Below, piece by piece: positions 51,745-59,676 of a DNA stretch of 64,000 nucleotides. Position 1 is the stretch's first letter. Each line of letters opens with the position of its first letter. Both the position numbers and the translations under genes were made by a program. The notes below the pieces were generated by a model. That model was given only the letters and a program-made list of their open reading frames with translations. It was not told the origin of the DNA and made no database searches. The DNA comes from Dehalococcoidia bacterium (lineage in GTDB: Bacteria > Chloroflexota > Dehalococcoidia > Lucifugimonadales > VXLM01): positions 1,010,852 to 1,074,851 of the forward strand of contig OZ244816.1 of NCBI GenBank assembly GCA_965220255.1, read 5' to 3'.

Positions 51745-52770
51745 CTACCCCAACCGCAGCGTCGGCACAACGTCCATGTCCCAGCCGTACTGCGGCGCGT
51801 CCTTGAGGTGGTGCCAGGCCGCCGCACCGATCATCGCGCCATTGTCGGTGCACAGGCCCGGACGCGGAACGATGACGGGCACCGGCGAGCGCGCAATGGC
51901 CTCTTTGCGGAGCAGGCTGTTCGCCGCTACGCCCCCACCAAGCACAATCCCTGACACCCGGTAGGTCTCCGCGGCGGACACGCAGCGAGTGACGATGCTG
52001 TCCACGACGGCCTCCTGGAACGCCGCCGCCACGCCTGCCAGCTCCGACTCGTCGATCTCGTCCTCGCCGGGCGGGTACCATCCCTTCTCCTGCGCCCGGT
52101 GGAGCATAGCAGTCTTGAGTCCGCTGAAGCTGAAGTCGAGCGAGTCCTTGACGTTGGGGCGCGGGAACCGCTTCTCCGGGCCATGCGGTCGCTCGGACAT
52201 CCTCTGTATCTCGGGACCGCCGGGGAATCCCAGTCCCAGCACCCGCGCGGCCTTGTCGAACGCCTCACCGGCCGCGTCGTCGCGCGTCTGTCCAACCAGC
52301 TCGTAGCGCCCGTGGTCGCGCATGAGCACGAGATCGGTGTGCCCCCCTGACGCGATGAGGCAGAGCAGGGGGAAACCGGGATCGTTCGCGGGGTCGGGAA
52401 TATCCTCCAGCCACGCGGCATAGATGTGCCCTTCAAGGTGGTTGATGCCCACCAGTGGCGTACCCTCGGCCAGGGCAAGACCCTTCGCCGCGTTCACTCC
52501 GACGAGGAGCGCGCCCGCAAGGCCGGGGCCATACGTGACCGCGATCCCGTCGAGGTCGCGCAGTTCGATGGTCGCCTGCTCCATGGCCTCCCTGACCACG
52601 GCGTTGAACGTGAGCATGTGCTGGCGCGAGGCAAGTTCCGGCACGATGCCGCCGTACTGGGCGTGCATGTCGATCTGCGTAGCGACGACGTTAGAGTGGA
52701 TCGTCCTCCCGTCCTCGATGACGGCGGCCGCCGTCTCGTCGCAGGATGTCTCGATACCGAGGATCTTCAT
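51745..52770 (-). CDS. tsaD: tRNA N6-adenosine threonylcarbamoyltransferase
   Basis: MKILGIETSCDETAAAV, NHLEGHIYA, LIASGGHT and GVAAN motifs of Kae1/TsaD. Confidence 0.95.
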   Translation of the reverse strand: MKILGIETSCDETAAAVIEDGRTIHSNVVATQIDMHAQYGGIVPELASRQHMLTFNAVVREAMEQATIELRDLDGIAVTYGPGLAGALLVGVNAAKGLALAEGTPLVGINHLEGHIYAAWLEDIPDPANDPGFPLLCLIASGGHTDLVLMRDHGRYELVGQTRDDAAGEAFDKAARVLGLGFPGGPEIQRMSERPHGPEKRFPRPNVKDSLDFSFSGLKTAMLHRAQEKGWYPPGEDEIDESELAGVAAAFQEAVVDSIVTRCVSAAETYRVSGIVLGGGVAANSLLRKEAIARSPVPVIVPRPGLCTDNGAMIGAAAWHHLKDAPQYGWDMDVVPTLRLG

Positions 52771-52825
52771 GCCGGCTAGTTTCCAGAGTTTAACATTCGC
52801 TGCACAAGTCTACCGAACTGTCTTT

Positions 52826-52862
52826 CCCCTCTCCCGTCGTGGGAGAGGGCTAGGGTGAGGGT
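52826..52862. repeat. REP hairpin cccctctcccgtcgtgggagagggctagggtgagggt
   Basis: Member of the 14531 family. Confidence 0.8.
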
Positions 52863-52894
52863 TGCGTACACACCCATCTGGACTACGCCGCCGG

Positions 52895-54094
52895 CTACCC
52901 TTCGCCCGTCAGGACGTCGGCCAGCCGCGTGATGCCCTCCCGGATCTCGTCGGGCGTGTTGTACCCGTAGCACAGACGGGCGAAGTTCTTCGCCGAGACC
53001 CCGTCCGGACTGAAGATCGGACCCGGCTGGTACCCTACGTCGGCCTCCAGCGCCGCATCCAGGGAACCTGCGAGGTCGGTGCTTTCCGGCATCTCCAGCC
53101 AGACATAGAGCCCGCCTTCCGGCCTGCTCCACTTGGCCTGGGAGCCGAAGTTCTCCCCGAGGGCGGAGAGCATGGCGTCTCGCTTGGTGCGCTGGACGCC
53201 GTTGATCTTCTGAATGTGGTCGTCGAGGTGCTTCTCGGCGAAGCGGTGGATGGCCCACGACGCGAACTGGTTCACGCCGCCGCCGCTCTTGATGGGCCTG
53301 AGCCGCAGCAGCATCTCCTCGGAGGCGGCCACGTATCCGATTCTCATGCCCGGTCCCGTTATCTTCGAGAAGGAGCCGACGTAGCTGACGATGCCTTCCC
53401 CGTCCAGCGATGCGATGGACGGCACGTTCTCACCCTCAAATCGTAGGTCGACGTAGCAATCGTCCTCGATGATGGCGATACCCTGCCTACGGGCGATGTC
53501 GAGCATCGCCTGCCTTCGCTCCAGCGACATCGTCCACCCCTGCGGGTTCTGGAACGTGGGGATCGTGTATAAGAGCTTGGTGCGGCTGCCCTCATTCTTC
53601 GCCTTGACGATGGCCGTCTCCAACGCGTCCGGCAGCATCCCGTCGTCGTCGCATTCGATGCCGCGAACGTCCGCCCCGAATCGCTGGAGTTGCCGCAGCG
53701 TCCCGCTGTACACGTAGCACTCGGTGAACACCACGTCGCCGGGGTCGATCAGGGCCTCGATGAGGATGTGGTTCGGCTGGCTTGAACCGTCGGCCAGGAG
53801 GATATTGTCCGGTTCCGTCTCGATGCCGCGGTCCCGCGCAAGCTTGCGGGTGACGTACTCCCGAAGGGGCGGATACCCCTGGTCATGCGGGTAGATGGCG
53901 AGCTCGCGGCCCTCCTCCGCGACGGCCTCCCGGACGCACTCGGCGAGGGCCTCCGTCGGCACCGTGTCGGGATCGGGGTACGCAATCGCGAAGTCGTACT
54001 TCGCCCGGTTGATGACGCGCGCAGGCGCGGGCTCCGGCACGCGGGACGCGAACAAGCTCTCAAGGTTGAATCCGCCGGTCTCGGTCATCGACAC
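52895..54094 (-). CDS. PLP-dependent aminotransferase (class I/II)
   Basis: 399 aa. SFSKITGPGMRIGY PLP-lysine motif. ..Y.HDQGYPPLRE.. N-terminal pattern. Confidence 0.85.
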   Translation of the reverse strand: MSMTETGGFNLESLFASRVPEPAPARVINRAKYDFAIAYPDPDTVPTEALAECVREAVAEEGRELAIYPHDQGYPPLREYVTRKLARDRGIETEPDNILLADGSSQPNHILIEALIDPGDVVFTECYVYSGTLRQLQRFGADVRGIECDDDGMLPDALETAIVKAKNEGSRTKLLYTIPTFQNPQGWTMSLERRQAMLDIARRQGIAIIEDDCYVDLRFEGENVPSIASLDGEGIVSYVGSFSKITGPGMRIGYVAASEEMLLRLRPIKSGGGVNQFASWAIHRFAEKHLDDHIQKINGVQRTKRDAMLSALGENFGSQAKWSRPEGGLYVWLEMPESTDLAGSLDAALEADVGYQPGPIFSPDGVSAKNFARLCYGYNTPDEIREGITRLADVLTGEG

Positions 54095-54253
54095 ACTCCT
54101 ACGGCCGCTAGAGTTTCGACCTCAAAGCCTACCCTAATTCGGGCAACCGTGCACGGCGTGGATGGGGAGAGACCGGTTGTTGCCATCCCACCCCGTGATA
54201 CCATACGCCCACCTTGGCCGAGGGCACACCGAACTGCAGAGGAGGCGCCGATT

Positions 54254-55168
54254 ATGAGCAACGCACTGCCCACCGCGATACTGGGTCGGACGGGCATCGA
54301 GGTCACGCGACTCGGCTTCGGGACGGCGCTGTGGCGACCGGACCGACACCATTGGACCGAAGAGGCCGCGTCGGAGGTCTACAACGAGGTGCTCGAACAC
54401 GGCATCAACTTCCTCGACACGGCCTATGACTACATGTTCGCCGAGGAGTGGATCGGCAGGAGCATCAGAGACCGCTATGACGAGTTCCGGCTGGCGACAA
54501 AGTGCGGCTGCACCGACTCGCAGTTCGACCGCAACAGCTCCAAACACGACTGGACCCGCGCGAACTTCCTGAGCAACATCGAAGGAAGCCTCGAACGGCT
54601 GGGACGCGACAGCGTGGACATCATCCAGCCACACAACCCGACTGTTGCCGAGGTCGAGGACGGCGGACTCGTCGACGCCATGAGGGAGATGCGCGACTCC
54701 GGCAAGGTGCGCCATCTCGGCATCTCGACGACCCTGCCGTACCTGCCGACCTTCCTCGACTGGGACGTGTTCGACACCATGCAGATACCCTACTCCGCCC
54801 TGGAGCGTGAGCACGAGGACTGGATCACCAAGGCCGCCGAGGCGGGAGTGGGCATCATCATCCGTGGCGGCGTCGCGCAGGGCGAGTCGTCCTCAGGCGA
54901 CCGCGCCGGCACGTGGGGCCAGTTCGAGCGAGCGGGCCTGGACGAATTGCGCGAACCCGACGAGAGTCGCTCCGCGTTCGTGCTCCGCTTCACCCTCTCT
55001 CACCCGCACGCCCACACGATCATCGTCGGCACCACCCGCGTCGCGCACCTCCGCGAGAACGTGGAGGCCGTCATGCGCGGCCCTCTACCGGACGACGTGT
55101 ACGCCGAAGCCAAGCGCCGCCTAGACGCCATCGGCCAGACCCCCGTGCCCACGGGTGACGACGAGTGA
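54254..55168 (+). CDS. Aldo/keto reductase
   Basis: Start ATG 54254. LGRTGIEVTRLGFGT, INFLDTAYDY, GKVRHLGIS motifs. Confidence 0.85.
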   Translation: MSNALPTAILGRTGIEVTRLGFGTALWRPDRHHWTEEAASEVYNEVLEHGINFLDTAYDYMFAEEWIGRSIRDRYDEFRLATKCGCTDSQFDRNSSKHDWTRANFLSNIEGSLERLGRDSVDIIQPHNPTVAEVEDGGLVDAMREMRDSGKVRHLGISTTLPYLPTFLDWDVFDTMQIPYSALEREHEDWITKAAEAGVGIIIRGGVAQGESSSGDRAGTWGQFERAGLDELREPDESRSAFVLRFTLSHPHAHTIIVGTTRVAHLRENVEAVMRGPLPDDVYAEAKRRLDAIGQTPVPTGDDE

Positions 55169-55174
55169 TGCCTA

Positions 55175-55545
55175 TTCCCTCTCCCGTCCTGGGCTGACAG
55201 GGGTAGGTAAAACGAATTTTAGCTATGATACGGCTACAGCAACTCTGTCATTCCAAGCACCCCCTGTCATTCCGAGCACCACCCTGTCATTCCGAGCGCA
55301 GCGAGGAATCTAAAATCCATACCCGCAAGACCGGACGGCCAGTGCCACGCTTGTATAGTGACCAAGAGCGAAAACAGCGTAAGAACTCCCTATATCAGCT
55401 TTGCGTTGGGACAGACACTTTAGATTCTTCGACTCCGCTACGCTCCGCTCAGAATGACAGTGCCGGGTTGCTTTCTGTTCAATGGACAGTGAACCCCTTG
55501 CGTATTCCCCTCTCCCTTGAGGGAGAGGGCCAGGGTGAGGGTGAT
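55175..55545. repeat. Composite nested MITE-like repeat, copy 3 (with triplicated arm motif)
   Basis: Same order of modules as copy 2. ctgtcattcc[ag]agcac occurs three times in tandem (55245-55300). Core 55310-55420 closely matches the reverse complement of 135-228. Ends in a 14531-family hairpin (55507-55543). Confidence 0.75.
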
Positions 55546-55567
55546 GGTGAAGGCCAAGGAGGTCAAA

Positions 55568-56428
55568 ATGAAAATCGACATCATCGGCTCCGGCACCCCG
55601 TCTCCGGCCTCCGAGAGGTTCGGCTCCTGCTACGTCGTGAACGTCGGCGATGAGCGGCTGATGTTCGACTGCGGCCCCGCGTCGACGCACAAGCTGGTGA
55701 AGATGGGGATACCGCTCACCGAGATCGAGAACCTCTTCTTCACGCACCACCACTTCGATCACGACGTCGACTACCCGTGCTTCATCCTCAGCCGCTGGAA
55801 CCTCTTCACGGGCGGTGAGGAGGACCTTCGGGTGTACGGCCCCAACCTGACCGAACGGATCACCCACCGCATCATGGACGAGAACGAGGGCGCGTTCGCC
55901 CATGACTGGATCGCGAGGATCAACCACCCGCTGAGCCTCAACGCCTTCACGTCGCGGGGCGGCGTGCTCCCTCGACCGGCTCCCGTCGTGGTCGCCAAGG
56001 ATATCGGCCCGGGGAAGATCGTCGACGGCCCGGACTGGGAGGTCACCGCCGCACCCGCAGAGCACGTGCAGCCGTGGCTCGACTCCCTCGCCTACCGGAT
56101 CGACAGCGACGAGGGCAGCGTCGTGGTCACGGGCGACACGAGGCCCTGCGACAGCGTCGTTGAGCTCGCCAGGGACGTGGACACGATGGTCTGCCTCTGC
56201 ACGTACATCGAGGACGATGCGGAGGGCACGGCGGAGGAGGAGTACATGTGCGGCAGCGAAACCGCCGCCAAGATGGCCCAGGACGCGGGCGCCAAGCGAC
56301 TCGTCATCGTGCACCAGACCGACGCCATGGACGCTCCCGGCGAGACCGAGCGCGCCCTCCGCGACATTTCACGCCACTATGACGGCGAGATCGTCTGGGG
56401 CCGCGAGCTGATGACCGTGGCCGTGTAG
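55568..56428 (+). CDS. MBL-fold metallo-hydrolase
   Basis: Start ATG 55568. HxHxDH motif (FTHHHFDHD). RNase Z/beta-lactamase-fold-like layout. Confidence 0.8.
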   Translation: MKIDIIGSGTPSPASERFGSCYVVNVGDERLMFDCGPASTHKLVKMGIPLTEIENLFFTHHHFDHDVDYPCFILSRWNLFTGGEEDLRVYGPNLTERITHRIMDENEGAFAHDWIARINHPLSLNAFTSRGGVLPRPAPVVVAKDIGPGKIVDGPDWEVTAAPAEHVQPWLDSLAYRIDSDEGSVVVTGDTRPCDSVVELARDVDTMVCLCTYIEDDAEGTAEEEYMCGSETAAKMAQDAGAKRLVIVHQTDAMDAPGETERALRDISRHYDGEIVWGRELMTVAV

Positions 56429-56443
56429 CGGCTCCTGACCTGC

Positions 56444-56887
56444 GTGTGGGACAATATAGACATGGAAGATCGCCTCACGGTAGGACGTGTGGTTCGTGCG
56501 CTGCTGAGCGCGTTCTTCACCACGGCCGCGACCGCTGCCGTGTTCCTGCCCACCCTCGGTCCGCTGCTCGACCACCACTACGCCGAGCGTCTGCCGAACC
56601 ATGCCCACCTGTATTTCGGTACCGGCGGCCCCGACCACGTTCACCCTTTCGAGGTCCAGGACCACTACCACTACTACCCCGATGAGACCCCGCGCGACGG
56701 CATCGTCTACCTGGCCTCGTACGACGGCACCAGCCCGGTGATGATCGACGCGACGGTGCATGCTATCCAGCAGTCACCGCCCTTCATTGGCCCGGACAAC
56801 GACCCCACAGCCTACGGCCCTTCCCCCGATTCCCCCATTCCCGACGACGCGGTACTCGCCGTACCCAAGAGACCCCCTCGCGCCTAG
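56444..56887 (+). CDS. His-rich membrane-anchored protein, hypothetical
   Basis: N-terminal TM (ALLSAFFTTAATAAVFLPTL), then LLDHHYAERLPNHAHLYFGTGGPDHVHPFEVQDHYHYY (10 His in 39 residues by my count). Confidence 0.5.
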   Translation: MWDNIDMEDRLTVGRVVRALLSAFFTTAATAAVFLPTLGPLLDHHYAERLPNHAHLYFGTGGPDHVHPFEVQDHYHYYPDETPRDGIVYLASYDGTSPVMIDATVHAIQQSPPFIGPDNDPTAYGPSPDSPIPDDAVLAVPKRPPRA

Positions 56888-56992
56888 CTCCTTTCCCGCA
56901 TTCCGGCTTTGACCGTTCCGGCCGGGCTCGCCCACACATCAGCGTGGTGCACCCGTCTGCTGGAGCGGCGTAAGTTTGCGAAAGGAGCTTTC

Positions 56993-57787
56993 ATGCAGCT
57001 TGTATTCAACAAGAGATATTGGCTTGCGGCGGCGGTCGCTGCCGTGCTGAGCCTGACGGTCAGTGCAGTATTCGCTCACGAGGGCAGAGAGGTGGGCGAC
57101 TACCGGATCAACATCGGATGGATCGTGGAACCGGCCTACGAGGGGTTCATCAATGGGGTGGAACTCCGCGTGACCAGGGTGATGGAGGGTGGCGATGATC
57201 ACCACGGCGAGTCGTCGTCGATGAGCATGGACGAGTCGGGAGATGGCATGGCGATGCCCGATCACCACGGCGGAGCGCTGACCGTCGAGGGTCTTCAAAA
57301 CACCCTCCAGGTGGAGGTCACCTACGTTCCGACAGGAGCGTCGAGGGTGGTCAACCTTAGCGCGGACGTGTACGAAGCGGGCCGCTACACGGCGGACCTG
57401 TTGCCGACGACGCCGGGGGTGTACGAGTTCCGCGTCTTCGGGGCCATCGAGGGGATGCAGGTCGACGAGACCTTCGCCTCGATGGGGGGCGGCGGCGGAT
57501 TCGACGACATCCGGCCGCTGGCGTCGCTCCAGTTCCCCGAAGAGCTCCCGTCCGTCCGCGAGATGGAAAGCGCGGTGCGCGGCGCCATCAGCACGGCCGA
57601 GGAGGCTCGTGATGCAGCGAAAGAGGGACCGGGCGTACTGCCCATCATTGCCCTGGCGTTCGGTGCAACAGGTATGGTGCTTGGGACCGTCGGCCTCGTT
57701 ATCGGACTGCGGCAGCAGCCCGGTAGGGATCTCTGCGACCGTACCCGCCAATCGGCAAGCTCCACTGTTCGTGGGGCGGGACGATGA
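56993..57787 (+). CDS. Secreted/anchored protein with N-terminal His after signal peptide and His-rich loop (paralog 1)
   Basis: GAAAGGAG SD. Signal peptide ..LTVSAVFA|HEGREVGDYRINIGW. Loop GGDDHHGESSSMSMDESGDGMAMPDHHGG. C-terminal TM (LPIIALAFGATGMVLGTVGLVIGL). Confidence 0.65.
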   Translation: MQLVFNKRYWLAAAVAAVLSLTVSAVFAHEGREVGDYRINIGWIVEPAYEGFINGVELRVTRVMEGGDDHHGESSSMSMDESGDGMAMPDHHGGALTVEGLQNTLQVEVTYVPTGASRVVNLSADVYEAGRYTADLLPTTPGVYEFRVFGAIEGMQVDETFASMGGGGGFDDIRPLASLQFPEELPSVREMESAVRGAISTAEEARDAAKEGPGVLPIIALAFGATGMVLGTVGLVIGLRQQPGRDLCDRTRQSASSTVRGAGR

Positions 57788-57975
57788 CTCGGTCGCCTAT
57801 GACATCTCCCCCTGCGCCCTTATTCCGAAGACCCAATTCTCGCCGTTCAGGAGAAATCCCTAGCGCCTGACTCCTTTCATTGGCATAGGCATTGATCGTT
57901 CCGGTTGGGTCACCCTCGTAGTATAGTAATGTGGCCCGCACGTCGGGACGGCGTCAGCTCGCGAAAGGAGCATTC

Positions 57976-58677
57976 ATGCGACTGGTATTCAACAAGAGAT
58001 ATTGGCTTGTGGCAGCGGTCGCTGCCATACTGGGACTGGTAGTTGGAACCGTAGTAGCCCACGACGGCCGGGAGGTCGGCGACTACCGCATCAACGTCGG
58101 CTGGATCGTGGAACCGGCCTACGAAGGATTTCCCAATGGCGTGGAGGTCCGTGTGATCAAGGTAGCGGAGAGTGGTGGTGATGATCACCACGGCGAGTCC
58201 ACGGCGGCGGCTGATGACCATCACGGCGACTCGGGGGCGGTGAAGGGGTTGGAAAACACCCTGCAAGTGGAAGTCGTATACGTTTCCACCGGCGCTTCGA
58301 GGGTAGTCACCCTGAGCGCGGACGCGGACGAGCCCGGTCGCTACACCGCAGACCTCATACCGTCCACCCCTGGCGTGTACGAACTCCGCGTATTCGGGGC
58401 AATCGAGGGCATGCTGGTAGACGAGACGTTCGCCTCACATGGCGGAGGCGGCGACTTCGACGACATCCAGTCGCCTGCGGCGCTCCAGTTCCCAGAAGAA
58501 CTCCCGTCCGCCCGCGAGATGGAGAGTGCAGTGCGGGGAGCCATCAACACGGCGGAAGAAGCGCGCGACGCAGCGGAGGAGGGACCGGGCGTGCTGCCCA
58601 TTATTGCCCTGGCTTTCGGTGCAGCAGGGATGGTGCTTGGGATCGTCGGCCTCGTTGTTGGACTGCGGAGACGGTGA
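57976..58677 (+). CDS. Secreted/anchored protein with N-terminal His after signal peptide and His-rich loop (paralog 2)
   Basis: Tandem duplicate of 56993-57787, including the upstream region and SD. ..VGTVVA|HDGREVGDYRINVGW. Loop SGGDDHHGESTAAADDHHGDSG. C-terminal TM. Confidence 0.65.
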   Translation: MRLVFNKRYWLVAAVAAILGLVVGTVVAHDGREVGDYRINVGWIVEPAYEGFPNGVEVRVIKVAESGGDDHHGESTAAADDHHGDSGAVKGLENTLQVEVVYVSTGASRVVTLSADADEPGRYTADLIPSTPGVYELRVFGAIEGMLVDETFASHGGGGDFDDIQSPAALQFPEELPSAREMESAVRGAINTAEEARDAAEEGPGVLPIIALAFGAAGMVLGIVGLVVGLRRR

Positions 58678-58706
58678 CGGGTCTCTCGGTAAGGCCCACA
58701 AACAAT

Positions 58707-58735
58707 AAGGGTGGCCTCCGCTGGAGGCCACCCTT
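58707..58735. terminator. Bidirectional hairpin terminator between convergent genes
   Basis: aagggtggcctcc-gctg-gaggccaccctt (12-13 bp stem). T/A-rich on both flanks (aacaat..; ..attcatcc). Confidence 0.55.
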
Positions 58736-58759
58736 ATTCATCCTCGGGCTGATTTGCAG

Positions 58760-59137
58760 CTAGCTGGCTGCGGCTGCGGACTTGGGGGCCGCAGCTTCTT
58801 TCGCTTCCTCTTCCGGCTCCGCTTCGGCGGCGCCGTTGGTGCTTGCCACTTCCGGCTCGACCGGGGCCGCCACCGGTTCCATACCCATCTTCTCGCGGAC
58901 AACCTCGACCGCCGGACTGACCTGCTGCCGCAGGTTGTCGATGGTCGGGCTGATGTTGTGGCCGATCTGGCCGGCTATGTCCTCGGCCCGATTCCTCCAC
59001 GCATCGCTGTGCTCGGCGATGCCCGCTCGCGTCTCCGCGCCGGACTTGGGAGCAAGCAGCATGCCGACCGCAGCGCCTACCAGTCCGCCCAACACGAACC
59101 CTGAAATAAATGCCATTCCGCTATCGTTATCAGCCAT
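58760..59137 (-). CDS. YtxH-domain protein
   Basis: FISGFVLGGLVGAAVGMLLAPKSGAETR is the YtxH signature. Confidence 0.75.
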   Translation of the reverse strand: MADNDSGMAFISGFVLGGLVGAAVGMLLAPKSGAETRAGIAEHSDAWRNRAEDIAGQIGHNISPTIDNLRQQVSPAVEVVREKMGMEPVAAPVEPEVASTNGAAEAEPEEEAKEAAAPKSAAAAS

Positions 59138-59167
59138 GATATGTATCCTCCTTATATTGGACTGAAC

Positions 59168-59437
59168 TCACGAATCCGCGCGAGACCGTCGCAGTAGAAA
59201 AGATAGTACCTTCCCAATCCCTGATGCCACACCCGCGCCCGAGGATGACGACTCCGAGAACCGCTCCGATATCGCGTCCGCCACTTCCCTTGTACTCTTT
59301 AACGTTCCATCCACCGATTCGAGTACGCTCGACAGCTTCCTGTAGACCACAAAGAGAGCGACGCCGGTAAAGACCAAGACGAAGATTAGAAGAATGTCCC
59401 GGATGATTCCGACGACATATGCCGTGTCTTGCAGCAA
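59168..59437 (-). CDS. DUF948-like small membrane protein
   Basis: 89 aa. N-terminal TM then a helical region (..LSSVLESVDGTLKSTREVADAISE..). Commonly paired with YtxH genes (from memory). Confidence 0.6.
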   Translation of the reverse strand: MLQDTAYVVGIIRDILLIFVLVFTGVALFVVYRKLSSVLESVDGTLKSTREVADAISERFSESSSSGAGVASGIGKVLSFLLRRSRADS

Positions 59438-59628
59438 CTCACACCCCTCCTTCGCCCCGACACTGAGTTAATCGTAGCACGCGAATTGAACCTGTGTAAA
59501 CGAATTTTAGGTCACGTGAAAGGGAATTACGCAGTGCTGTCGGCGGTGGGGGTCCAGCCCTTCATTGGGCCCGGCTCCAATTTGGAAATCCGAATGGGTC
59601 GGTGGTACGTTAAGTGGTAATGAGGGGG

Positions 59629-59656
59629 ACGCGGGCAGTGCTGCCCGCGTTTTGTT
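59629..59656 (+). terminator. Intrinsic terminator-like hairpin in the 5' leader of the 582-aa lipoprotein gene
   Basis: acgcgggc (59629-59636) pairs with gcccgcgt (59643-59650), 6-nt loop, then tttgtt (59651-56). AAGGAG (59661-66) and ATG 59677 follow. Confidence 0.55.
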
Positions 59657-59676
59657 ACGCAAGGAGATGAGCGCCT

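Noticed and set aside
55245-55300. Tandem triplication of ctgtcattcc.agcac, and the many palindromic repeats, considered as a possible CRISPR array.
   Set aside because: Units are about 20 nt with no unique spacers of regular length. Repeats elsewhere are dispersed singly or as inverted pairs. No cas genes are in the window.
59429-59620. 63-aa plus-strand ORF in the divergent intergenic region upstream of the lipoprotein gene.
   Set aside because: It has no SD and its start overlaps the start of the divergent DUF948 gene. The region is better explained as a 5' leader carrying a terminator. A leader-peptide role cannot be excluded.
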